Assembly (NCBI GenBank): GCA_964016885.1
Contig: OZ024743.1
Location: 83,142,001 to 83,206,000 of the forward strand
From: Eledone cirrhosa
Lineage: Eukaryota
DNA: 64,000 nt
Direction: 5' to 3'
The position numbers were made by a program, and so were the translations under genes. The notes beneath the pieces are model-generated. The model was not told the DNA's origin. It made no database searches and worked only from the letters and a program-made list of their open reading frames with translations. Below, one piece after another: positions 51,819 through 64,000 of the stretch (position 1 is the first letter of the stretch; every line of letters begins with the position of its first letter).

Positions 51819-52404
51819 TGTGTGTGTGTATATATACATACACACACACACACATATATATTTGAAAAAAGGGGTAAGGTTCTTTACAAAAGAGGTTATA
51901 GAAAAAAGTAAGAATGCGCGGAAATATATTTAAAGAATCTGTTTTCCTTCTTTGATCCGTCAAAGTGACATTGAAAAAAGAACTTTGTTTTTTTAGTGTT
52001 TTATAAAGTATATAAAATGTTACCGGTTTCGATGTAATCTATCTAATCAAATATTATAATTAAAATTGTTAAAAGAATTTAAAATTAAGTGTTGAAGAAG
52101 GTCTGTAGAGATAAGCCGGTGGCATTAAACAATGTATCATTTCCTTTACTGTAGGTCTGGTGACCGTAAGAATCTTACACTATATATAATACACCCCTTG
52201 ACAGCTTTTACATGTCAATTTCATACATCTGCCTCATGTCAGCTAGTTTTACACGCTAAAGTCGTAGATATACTATGTTTCTTATTTAGATTGATGTTGT
52301 GATTATTTCAAATAATTTATTGCTAGCATTGTTAGTATTGTTGTTATTGTTCTGATTGAATGCTATTACTATATATAGAAGCCATGCCTGTATATTCCTT
52401 TCAT

Positions 52405-52525
52405 TCTCACAAGCTCTGATGAATTGACTGGTTACAACTATGTATTGGTGATCGAATGACGTGAATACAAGCGGGTAGCGATCTCTATACCTATCAGTTC
52501 AGAGAAACAACTGTCAGCAATGAGA
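52405..52525 (+). ncRNA. Hammerhead-like motif with intact core and eroded long stem II
   Basis: tctca-caa-gct CTGATGA ... GAAA caactg TC agc-aa-tgaga. Confidence 0.5.
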
Positions 52526-52757
52526 TTAAAAACCTTTTTTGTATAGCAAACCGTGTCACTCTTCTTTCCTGATTTATCATTACTCCAAGTGTTAACAACA
52601 TAGGAATTACCGCGTACTCGTCACTATGGAAACGCCTTGTTGAGTCAAACCTAGCCAAGCGTTGATACCATCCACTACTTGGAGTACCCTAACTGGACTA
52701 CACATAAGTGGACTACCTATAACAATATTCTGTTACCCCGTATATATCTATATATAT

Positions 52758-52880
52758 ATAGGAAAATGTTTAACCCCGACGGCAGAGCTCAAGCCGTTCC
52801 GACGGCCATTACTGAACTCAGTCCAGTAATAGCCGTCGAAACGGCTTGAGCTCCGCCGTCGGGGTTAAACATCTTCCTAT
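52758..52880. mobile_element. Near-perfect 123-bp hairpin MITE
   Basis: ATAGGAAAATGTTTAACCCCGACGGC...GCCGTCGGGGTTAAACATCTTCCTAT. Confidence 0.85.
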
Positions 52881-52956
52881 TACCCACTCTACTACCCTAA
52901 GTATTGAGTACTCTGCTGTGTTATGGTCCATCTGGTTCCTTACCACACTTCCTTCG

Positions 52957-52998
<42 letters not shown>

Positions 52999-53072
52999 GT
53001 GTGTGGAAATATGTGTGTGTGGCAATATGTGTGTGTGGCAATATGTATGTGTGTATATATGTATGTGTATAT

Positions 53073-53141
<69 letters not shown>

Positions 53142-53159
53142 CACAATGTACAAAGCGAA

Positions 53160-54357
<1,198 letters not shown>

Positions 54358-54426
54358 ATGTATATGTATATATATGTATATATATGTATAAATATGTGTA
54401 TATATATATGTATATATATGTGTATA

Positions 54427-54469
<43 letters not shown>

Positions 54470-54485
54470 ATGTATGTATATATAG

Positions 54486-55273
54486 ATGTATATGAAGTAT
54501 ATGAAGTGTTATGTATCTCACCTGGAAAAACACCTGGAACTTTTTTGGTATATTGCCAAGATGTAATTAGTAGGTTACCCAAAGCTCTTGATACCAGACC
54601 TCCTGAAACCAGTCATGGTTCTATGATACAAATCTGTTTTTTAAAAATGTTTATATTCATCTAAATACTTTCCATCATAATTTTATGTAAGAACTTTTGT
54701 TTAGTTACGCTCCATTTAACAACTTAGTAATGAAAAAGTTAGTTAAATGAATAAATCCCTTCAAATATTTTATTATTGTTTTTATTATTTGAAAATTTTA
54801 AGCAGTGACTTTTACTAAAAATATGGTAACAAAAAGGTTAAAGTGTATATATTTATCTAAAGCCATTCCATTTTATGTAATCTTTATGTTCCAAACACCA
54901 GCTTAATAATGAGAAAGTTAGTTATATTATTAACTCATTCTGAAATCAAAATTATTTGAAAAATATAAGCAATATTCTTCATTAGAAATATAGTAACAAA
55001 AGGTTTAATGATATAAATACATTCTCTGTATTTATAAAAGGTTTTGAAGATGTCAAGAAGGCATGTTTGAAGAACAGGTTCATGGAAAATCATCTGACTG
55101 TGGATAAGTGTAAAGAAATAAACAGTATCCTGGTGAAAAATCTTCACAAACCACCTCTTCCATTATTCAATGCTATTTTGAAAACAAGAATAAAAGTTCT
55201 GGTGGACTCTTTGCTTCAAAACCTGTAGAAGTAACTAACAATACTTATAGGGTAACTTTTCAAGAGAAATCAG
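54486..55273 (+). pseudogene. Two exons (~54486-54569 and 55041-55273) of a PARP14/PARP10-like RRM-repeat gene, with a 1-nt frameshift
   Basis: Phase-1 donor GTAGGT at 54570, acceptor AG at 55039-40 and donor GTAAGT at 55274. Joined peptide: [21 protein letters not shown]...SILVKNL...CYFENKNKSSGG...YRVTFQEKS. Confidence 0.6.
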
Positions 55274-55626
55274 GTAAGTTGTTTTCCCCTCTCTTTTTAT
55301 CTGGTTTCCCACACGGTACTGGGTGTTGTTGTTGTTAGGGCAATTGTTTGGCAGAATCATTCTAGTGTTGGACAAAAGGTCTTGTGGTAAGGGCCAGTGC
55401 TACCATTAAGGTTAACTAAGCAGCCACATGGGGTACAGACCCAAGGCCAGGTTCAGACTTTGGGGGTCCTGCAGCACTTCGGGTTTCGTGTCTTCCTCTT
55501 TCATGCACTAAAATAGAAAACACAGCAAACCTTTAAATTTACATATCAAAATCCATTTAGTTCATGTAAATGGAATTGACAAGTTGTACATACAAATGTT
55601 AAATGAAAAAAAACTGACCAGTTATA

Positions 55627-56732
55627 CATCATCAACGTTTAATGTCCATCTTCCACGCTAGCATGGGTTCAGATGGGATTGTCCCACTTGAGGCAAGATT
55701 GGTCGTCTCGCTCGTATAGGACTGTCTGGCAGGTTTTCTATGGTTGGAGGCCCTTCCTAACACCAACCACGTCTACAGTGTGGACTGGGAGGTTTTTACA
55801 GTGTTACCTACACGGCCACATTACAGCGTGGACTGTGTTTTTTTGTTTTTTTTTGTGACACCTACACGACCTCATTTATTTAGGACTGGATGTTGTGGTA
55901 CCAACATAACATTACAGAGAAAGGGGTGGTGTTGATGGGGGTGGGGGAGTTGGGTTAGTGGGATGGGGGTGTATATTTGATTAAGAGGTGCCTACTGACT
56001 GTAAGTTTCGCTATGTACTTAGGCAAGGTGGGTCTTCTGTATTACTACGTACGGCTAAAGATCTCGGTCAAGTGACATTGTCTTAGAGAATTGTGTGTAA
56101 GGTCAGAATTTATCAAATCGTCCCAGGTTTTTCTGGGTCTGCCTACTCTGTAACTTCAATCAATTTTGATCGCCCTACACTTTTTTATACAGCTGTCGTC
56201 TTTCATGCGCATCACGTGACTATACCAACGTAGTCTTCTCTCGAGTAAACAACATCTGATCCCTCTTATTTCTAATTTCTCACTTAGTTCATTTATGCTT
56301 TGCTGTTCACATATATTATTATTACACATCCAGTGGAGTATGCATGCTTCATTCCTCTACAGTCTGCGCAGATCCCCTGCACACAATGCCCATGTCTCAC
56401 TGTCATGTAACATTGCTGTTCGTATGTCGCCATCATACAGTCTGCCTTTCATTTTTAGAGGGAAACCTTTAGTGGCCAACAGTGGTATAAGCTCTCTGAA
56501 CTTTTCCATCCCGTTCTGACTCTGGCTACTATACTTTCAGAGCACCCTCCACCACTGCTGATTTTGTCATCCAGGTAACGGAAGCTGTCCACTATTTCTA
56601 TAGAGCTGTCTAGGCAATAGAAGGAGCTAGTATCCAGTGGGCATATGCTACTTATTGCACCTGGGCACCGGCCACATATAAAATCTACGTTCTTAGATAG
56701 CTTACCTGTGATCCCACTACATCTTTTATGCA
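55627..56732 (-). mobile_element. 5'-truncated RTE LINE (same family as 17742-21075)
   Basis: HKRCSGITGKL through to the modular tail. Confidence 0.9.
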
Positions 56733-57920
56733 CCCCAAGTTCGAGCAGTGATTCGGTAATCTTGGTAAAGTTAAACCTCTATAAGTAGATATAATTCAAA
56801 CTAAGGGTCTCAAGCTTATTCTAAAGTCTGTTCAAAAGACTTGATTGTTTAACTAAACGTAAGAGTTTAAAGAAAAAAAAGTCTGTAATGGATAATTTCA
56901 CTGCTATTTCTAGCAGGGTGAGAGACTACGTAGATATGTAATTGATATTTTACTGAGTGATACTTTTTGATTTGTCATCGATTAAATACGATTAGACTGT
57001 CTGAATGTATTAAATTTTATCAGGGATTTTTAACGAATGACACCGGTAAGGGAGTTAAATCATTTCTAACGACACCGAGTACCTGCTGTCTTCATTATAA
57101 CTTTAATTAATCTAATTATATCTTGTGTAAAAATTATATATATACTCACATAATTTTCTTTCCCCGACACTGTTATATCTATTCTTACTTTACAATTGTG
57201 TCTACTAAGAGTTCCATTACAATCTGTAGTAGTAAAACTACTATTTCACCAGAACATCTGCTAGCAGTCATTTATAGACAATATATATATATTAGACCAC
57301 ATATCAACCTAATATATATATATATTTCCTATCAAATCTGTAGCTAAAGACATAAAGTAAGCTTCACTACTTCATTCTGACAAGATATTAATTTATGACT
57401 GAAGATGAAGATACACCAACGTTAATGTCGTGAAATAAAGCTGATAACATCTTTGAAACTTCTAATTTGATAACAGAGATTATTTCTTTGGTTGTTTAGT
57501 AAAAACTAACAACACAACACATTGATTATATCTGAAAGAGGTAAGTTGACAAAGATTTACTTAATGTCTATATTAATGTGTGTAAATAATACAACGATCC
57601 AGTAATTATATACAAGTGAAAATATATATAACATTGGAAAAATATATTTCTTCCTCCACTTTTATATATAGAAAAAAAACTTCCAAACTGAAATGTTGAT
57701 GTGATATTTTTCAATCACCAGATTCCACTGTTACATGTGATATAAAATATATTGTTATCATGACTGTCTTTATTATTTAAAATACCTCCGTCTATATTTC
57801 AACCACTGGAACAACCTCAAACAAGAAACAGTTGTCGCACCCTCAGTTAACATTTTAAAGTAAAAAATCGAGATAAATATGAGTGTATATAGATAGATGT
57901 ATGTTGTGTGTGTATATATA

Positions 57921-58070
57921 CAGTAATCCCCCGCTATATCGCGGTTCACTTTTCGCGGTCCCGTTACATCGCGGATATTTCTTTGGAACGTATCTAATTT
58001 CCTATCGCGGTAATCCTCGCTACATCGCGGATTTTTCGTTAGAACATATCTATTTTCTTATCGCGGTACG
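57921..58070 (+). mobile_element. Tigger/pogo-like transposon end
   Basis: TA|CAGTAATCCCCCGCTATATCGCGG with repeated ATCGCGG motifs; partner TIR not found. Confidence 0.5.
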
Positions 58071-58264
58071 TCTGAATAAAAAGTGTTTAAATTTTAAACT
58101 TATTAAATAAGTTTCAATGTGATTAAAGTGTATATCGTAAGGAAGGGGCAACTTAAGGCTTTAACTATGAAAAAATGTTTATATTTTTATTCTATTACTG
58201 TTTTACTGATTGTGTTTTGCTCTAATCTACTACAAACCCTTCATAGATTGGTCTCTCTGTAACA

Positions 58265-58590
58265 TGGTTGTTTCTGGAACGTATCATGGCTTAGTGATTA
58301 GAGCATTGGGCTTGCAATCTAAAGGTTGTGAGTTCGATTCTCGGACTGTGTGATGTGTTGATTCCTTGAGCAAGACACTTTATTTCACACTGTTTACTCA
58401 GCTGTAAAAATGAGTTGTGATGTTACTGGTGCCAAGCTGTATCAGCCATTGCCTTTCTCTTGGACAACATCATATATAGTGTATAACAAATACTGTACAG
58501 TGAATATATAATATATATATATAGTATATATGTTGTGATACTGGTGCCAAGCTGTATCAGCCATTGTCTTTCTCTTGGATAACATTATAT
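58265..58590 (+). mobile_element. SINE A head with an alternative tail (tail duplicated)
   Basis: Same head as family A, continuing ATGAGTTGTGATGTTACTGGTGCCAAGCTGTATCAGCC. Confidence 0.75.
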
Positions 58591-59189
58591 ATAGTGCATA
58601 ATATATCCTGTACACAGAATATATATAATATATGTATGTAAAAGGTTTTAGGAAATTAGTATCAGTGTATATAAATATTATCAAGAATGACATGGTTTTA
58701 CTTTACAGAAGTCAAATAAATTGTTATAAAGAATTGTTACCACATGTTGATTTTCAGGTGGTCACAACTCCCAGACTGGAGTGTGTGGAGGAGAACAGAA
58801 AATCTTCTCTTGGTAAGGTTCAAGTGTTTCTTTAGGCTGCCGGTGTTCTTCTTGGGTGCGAAGGAAGTGAAACAGGTGTGTGAGCATCTGTGTGGGCCCG
58901 TTTAAGTCTATCAACCGCAATGGTCTCTCTGGATCCCTTAATGTCTACAGTAATACATGGTAGGGTTCAGAGTACGGTTGTGTGAGAGGTGGTCTCACGG
59001 CATCGTTTCTTACAAACATGTGTCCACGAGGCAATATCCCTCGGGACTGCAGCTTTAATAGTTTGTTTCCTAGTATTCATGGGCGGTAAGTCCTGAAAAT
59101 AGGAGCGCAAACGAGATAAGTAGGAAACAGGGTCCTGGAAAGCAAGATAAATAGGGGCAAGCATTTGCCCAGGCAATGCTAGAGGAGCA

Positions 59190-60644
59190 TCATAATCATC
59201 ATCATTTTACGTCCGCTTTTCCCTGCTTGCAAGGGTGGGACGGGTCTTATTCAGCACAGCATCTCTCCACTCGTCACGGTCCCTCGTCATCTCCACCATG
59301 AGCTTCAATGATCTGAGGTCTGTTCTCACCACCTCCGCCCATGTTTTTCGAGGTCTACCTCTACCACGTCTTCCTTCAACTGGCATTTCCTGGCACTTCT
59401 TCACCCATCGGTCATCCTCCATGCGCATCACATGTCCATACCACCTCAGTCTCCTCTCCCGTACACTACATTCTATCCCTCTCAGACACAGTTTCTCTCT
59501 CAACACATTTATGCTGGGTCGTTCACGCACATTTACACTGCACATCCAACGGAGCATGCTTGCCTCATTTCTCTCCAGCCGTCGCATATCCTCTGCGGTT
59601 GCTGCCCATGTCTCACTACCATGCAGCATCGCGCTCCTCACACAGGCATCATACAACCGGCCTTTCGTACGCAGGGAGAAACCCTTCTTCGTCAACAGAG
59701 GAAGCAGCTCCCTAAACTTCTTCCAACCCGTCCTTATTCTAGATACTATGGCCTCGGAACACCCTCCTCCCATGCTAATCTGATCTCCTAGGTACCGGAA
59801 GCTATCCACCACTTCTATAGCGCCCTCTCGCATTTGAAAAATGTGTCTATCAGTGCGACTTCTACTGTCTAATTTCCCTGTACATCTACTGCATACATAT
59901 TTCTCCCTACCTGTTAGTTTGCCTGCTATCCCACTACATCTCTTGTGTACCCAGGACCTGCATTGTGTGCATTTTATAGAATTTATGCCAGTTCCTTTTC
60001 TGCATATCGAACATGGCCATTTCCCTGACGGAATCAGGGCTTTGTCCTCTTTTCTACTCATCAACACTTTTGTCTTAGCTAGATTTACTCTCAGTCCTCT
60101 TGCTTCCAACTGCTGTTTCCATAGCCGGAATTTATTCTCTAGCTCCTCTACTGATTCTGCTATAAGAGCCAGATCGTCAGCATAGAGAAGTTCCCATGGA
60201 CAGCCAGTCTTAAACTCCTCTGTTATGGCTTGGAGGACTATAATGAACAAGAGCGGGCTGAGGACCGAACCCTGATGTACTCCTACTTGTATCTGGAATT
60301 CCTCACTAAACTCCATTCCTACCCTGACTTTACTGAGAGTACCTCTGTACAAAGTTTGCACTGTCCTCACAAGCCATTCCTCAACACCTAGCTTCCTTAG
60401 GGACCACCAGATGACAGATCGGGGGTACCCTATCAAAGGCCTTCTCTAGGTCAACAAAGGCTAAGTATAGTGTCTTATTCTTCTCTAAGAACCTCTCTTG
60501 CACCTGTCTCACCAAGAAGAGGGCATCTGTTGTACTCTTCCCAGGCACAAAACCAAACTGCATCTCATCTAGTTTGACCCTTTCTCTAATTAGTTGTGCT
60601 AAAATCCTTTCTGCCACTTTCATAACCTGATCTATCAGTTTTAT
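59190..60644 (-). mobile_element. 5'-truncated RTE LINE, second family (short 3' UTR)
   Basis: RT with YADD and PHD-like insert; the ORF ends TRPTLASREKRT* directly into (TGA)n. Confidence 0.9.
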
Positions 60645-60715
60645 ACCGTACAGTAATTCAGCTGGGGAGAACCCAAGGTCCTCCTTTATTGATGACCGAA
60701 TTCCTAACAACACAA

Positions 60716-62036
60716 CTCCTATACGCAGATGATCTAACGCTCATAACTGAATCAATGGCCAAACTAGAGAAGAAATTCCAAACATGGAAGCATGGCCTAG
60801 AATCTAAAGGCCTTAAAATTAACCTGTCTAAGACTAAAGTTCTTGTTTGTAGGAAGGAAAATAGGGCGCCGGTCCCATCCAGGAAATGGCCATGCTCAGT
60901 GTGTAGGAAAGGAGTAGGTATAAACTCCATTTTATGTCCCAAATGCAAAGTATGGGTGCATAAAAGATGTAGTGGGATCACAGGTAAGCTAACTAAGAAC
61001 ATAGATTTTATATGTGGCCGGTGCTCTGGTGCAATAAGTAGCAGCAAGTGCCCACAGAATACGAGCTCATTCCATTGCACAGATGGTTCTATAGAAATAG
61101 TGGACAGCTTCCGTTACCTGGGTGACAAAATCAGCAGTGGGGGAGGGTGCTCTGAAAGTACAGTAGCTAGAGTCAGAACTGGATGGAAAAAGTTCAGAGA
61201 GCTTATACCACTATTAGCTGCTAAAGAGTTCTCCCTAAAAATGAAAGGCAGGCTGTATAATGCCTGCATATGAACAGCAATGTTGCATGGTAGTGAGACC
61301 TGGGCATTGTGTGCAGAGGATATACGTAGACTGGAGAGGAACGAAGCTTGCATGCTCCGCTGGATGTGTAATAGTAATATACGTGAACGGCAAAGCATAA
61401 ACGAACTAAGGGAAAAATTAGAAATAAGAGGGATCAAATGTTGTTTACTCGAGAGAAGACTACATTGGTATGGTCACGTGATGCGCATGAAAGACGACAG
61501 CTGTATAAAAAAGTGCAGGGCAATAAAAATAGACGGTAGCCACGGAGTAGGCAGACCCAGAAAAACCTGGGACGACTTGATAAATTCCGACCTCACACAC
61601 TTACACCTCTCCAAGACAATGTCACTGGACCGAGACCTTTGGCGTTACACAGTAATAGAGAAGACCCGCCTTACCTAAGTACAAAGTGAAATCTACTACA
61701 GTCAGTAGGCACCTCTAACAAAATACACCCCCACCCCTTTCAATGTAAAGTTATGTTGGTACCACAACATCCAGCCCGAAACAAATGAGGTCGTGTAGGT
61801 GTCACGACAAAAAAACACACAGTCCACGCTGTAATGTGGCCGTATAGGTAACACGGTAAAAACCTCCCAGTTCCACACTGTAAATGTGGTTGGTGTTAGG
61901 AAGGGCATCCAGCCGTAGAAAACCCGCCAGACAGTCCTATGCGAGCAAGACAACCACTCTTGCCTCAAGTGGGAAAACTTCCGTCCAAACTCATGCATGC
62001 GTGGAATATGGACGTTAAACGATGATGATGATGATG
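60716..62036 (+). mobile_element. 5'-truncated RTE LINE (family of 17742-21075)
   Basis: Runs from LLYADD to the tail; ACAA on both flanks; one CGA>TGA stop. Confidence 0.9.
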
Positions 62037-62222
62037 ACAATACGAAGATACTCGCTCCAACGTTGAGAGTCTGGATAGGCGCGAAGAGCGGCCTTTAATT
62101 GGCGGTGGAATCGTTCCACCATTCCGTTTGAAGCAGGGTGATAGGCTGTGGTCCGAATCCGTTGAGCGCCAATGATCTTTGTGAGCTCAGAGAAAAGATG
62201 AGATTCAAATTGTCTACCATGG

Positions 62223-64000
62223 TCTGTGGTGACTGTAGTTCGTGCGCCAAAGCGGGTAATCCACGCTGATACCAGGGCACGCGCTACAGTCTCGGCAGTT
62301 ATATCTTGTAAGGGGATGGCTTCAGGCCATTGCGAAAAAGGATCAATACAGGTCAAGAGGTACGAATATCCACTGCTGAATGGCCAAGGTCCAACGATGT
62401 CAATGTGGATGTGTTGAAACCGAGCATCTGGAGTACTGAAAGTATCAAGTGGAGTCCGGATGTGTCTGTGGACTTTAGATTTTTGACACTGTGTGCAGGA
62501 ACGGCACCAGACAGTAATTTCTCGCCTCATATTGGGCCAGAAAAATCTAGCCGTTATAAGCTTTACTGTGGCAGAAATTCCTGGGTGAGAAATGCTGTGC
62601 AAAGCAAGGAACACAATTCGACGGTGAGTCTCAGGAACAAATGGCCGTGGTGAATCCGTAGATACATCACATAGAATCTGCTTGTCGGTGGTCGACAAGG
62701 GCAGATATTTAAAGATGCAAGTCGCAAATTCGGCAGAAAGAGTATCCAACGATTGGAGTGCAGGTTGGTCTGCAGCTAAATGACCTAAGTCGATCTCCTG
62801 GGATGACGAGATGGAGCTGATTGGCAAACGTGACAATGCGTCTGCAGCTATGTTATGCGAGCCAGCAATGAGTTGGATATCATTTGTAAATTGCGAAACG
62901 TAGTCCAGGTGCCTTGTCTCTCTGAGCGAATATCTGTCAGCTTTAGCCCTCAAAGCGAAGGTCAGAGGTTTGTGGTCGGTTAAAACAGTAACATCCCTCC
63001 CCTCAAGAATATGAGAGAAATGTTTCACCGACAGATATATGGATAATAATTCCCGCCCAAACGTGCTGTAACGTGTTTCTGCTGGTTTCAGCTTCCTCGA
63101 GAAAAATGCTAAAGGTTGTTGGTTTCCAGCATTGAACTGCTGTAAAACTGCTCCCATAGCGGTATCAGATGCATCAACACAAAGCGAAAGCTTGGCCTCT
63201 GGTACCGGGTGGGCTAGCAAAAATGAACTAGCAAGTGCTGTCTGGAAGTCTTGAAGCTGTCTTTGTGTCAAGGAAATATGCTCATTCTTCTTACGACGAT
63301 TTTTCAAAATGTCAGTAAGGGAAGATAGCAAATTAGCACAATGAGGAATGAAACGCCTATAGAAATTGATAAGGCCTAAGAAGTGACACAACTGGTGAAG
63401 TGTAGTAGGCGGAGGTAAATCCTGTATGGCTTGAACTCGCTGAGGGAGCAGCCTAATAGCTTCGGCGTCGATGAGGTGGCCTAAAAAATTTCTATAGGTG
63501 ATTCATCCCTCATTGTGGAGTCGCGCCTGTCGCAAAGGGACGTAACTCCTATACATGCTGAGGCACAGCCATAAGGGGCCGCTACAAGGTAAACAGAAAT
63601 AACAACACAATCGGTACAGTATATGGAAGGGATATATTAGATTAACGCTTGATATAGCAGGAAGAGGGTCTTAACGTTTCAGATGCTAGTCCTTCATCAG
63701 AAGAAAGAATGAGAAATAAGATATATTGAGGGAACGGGCGGGTTGGAATTGGAAAAAATGTCTTTAGATAAAAATAACAGGTCCATTCATGTTGACATCT
63801 CTTGCAAAACTGTTGGTGCTGGCGTTTTGTGTATGATTTATTTTTAGAAAAGTGGATGATGGAGCATGTCTACCTGAAATGGAAAATAACATTTTGTAAA
63901 AAGATCTACACTTGTGCACATGCGTAAGCATGTGTGTGTGTGTGTTATTATACATCTGTACGAAGCTAAGAAGAAATGTGTGTGTATATGTGAGTAAAAG
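62223..64000 (+). repeat. Direct duplicate of positions 1-1355 (segmental duplication)
   Basis: Collinear match across the Gypsy, spacer and Penelope junctions, running off both window ends. Confidence 0.92.

Larger units (their letters stand above)
58760..63490 (-). mobile_element. Gypsy pol remnant in three pieces (62037-63490, 60645-60715, 58760-59189) split by two RTE insertions
   Basis: [28 protein letters not shown] and [11 protein letters not shown], continuing LLGIRSSIKEDLGFSPAELLYG and then APLALPGQ. Confidence 0.9.

Noticed and set aside
57825-57840. GAAACAGTTGTC hammerhead half
   Set aside because: No convincing upstream CUGANGA with a matching stem I.

Overview
Repeat-dense, AT-rich animal DNA. 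It is most likely from an octopod cephalopod; this is inferred from the KRAB-less tandem C2H2 gene style, RTE LINEs, tRNA-derived SINEs and long TA microsatellites. The only clearly intact host ORF is a single-coding-exon C2H2 zinc-finger gene with 21 fingers (8367-10247). Two exons resembling a PARP14-type RRM region lie at about 54.5-55.3 kb. The rest is nested mobile DNA: RTE, CR1-like, Ingi-like and Penelope-like retroelements, Gypsy pieces and solo LTRs, Helitrons, MITEs, several SINE families and satellites. Main observations: (1) a cluster of hammerhead-ribozyme-like motifs in TA-flanked, often fold-back, non-coding elements (12.8-16.3 kb, with more elsewhere); (2) the window start recurs about 62.2 kb later across unrelated TE junctions, indicating a segmental duplication around the ZNF gene; (3) the ZNF exon has a newly created splice donor and is bracketed by near-identical inverted SINEs, a circRNA/ADAR-type architecture; (4) a nest of 12 SINEs in an (ATATT)n array; (5) a twin-priming-like RTE inversion and a self-inverted Helitron. 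All calls were made by eye without database searches, and element boundaries are approximate.
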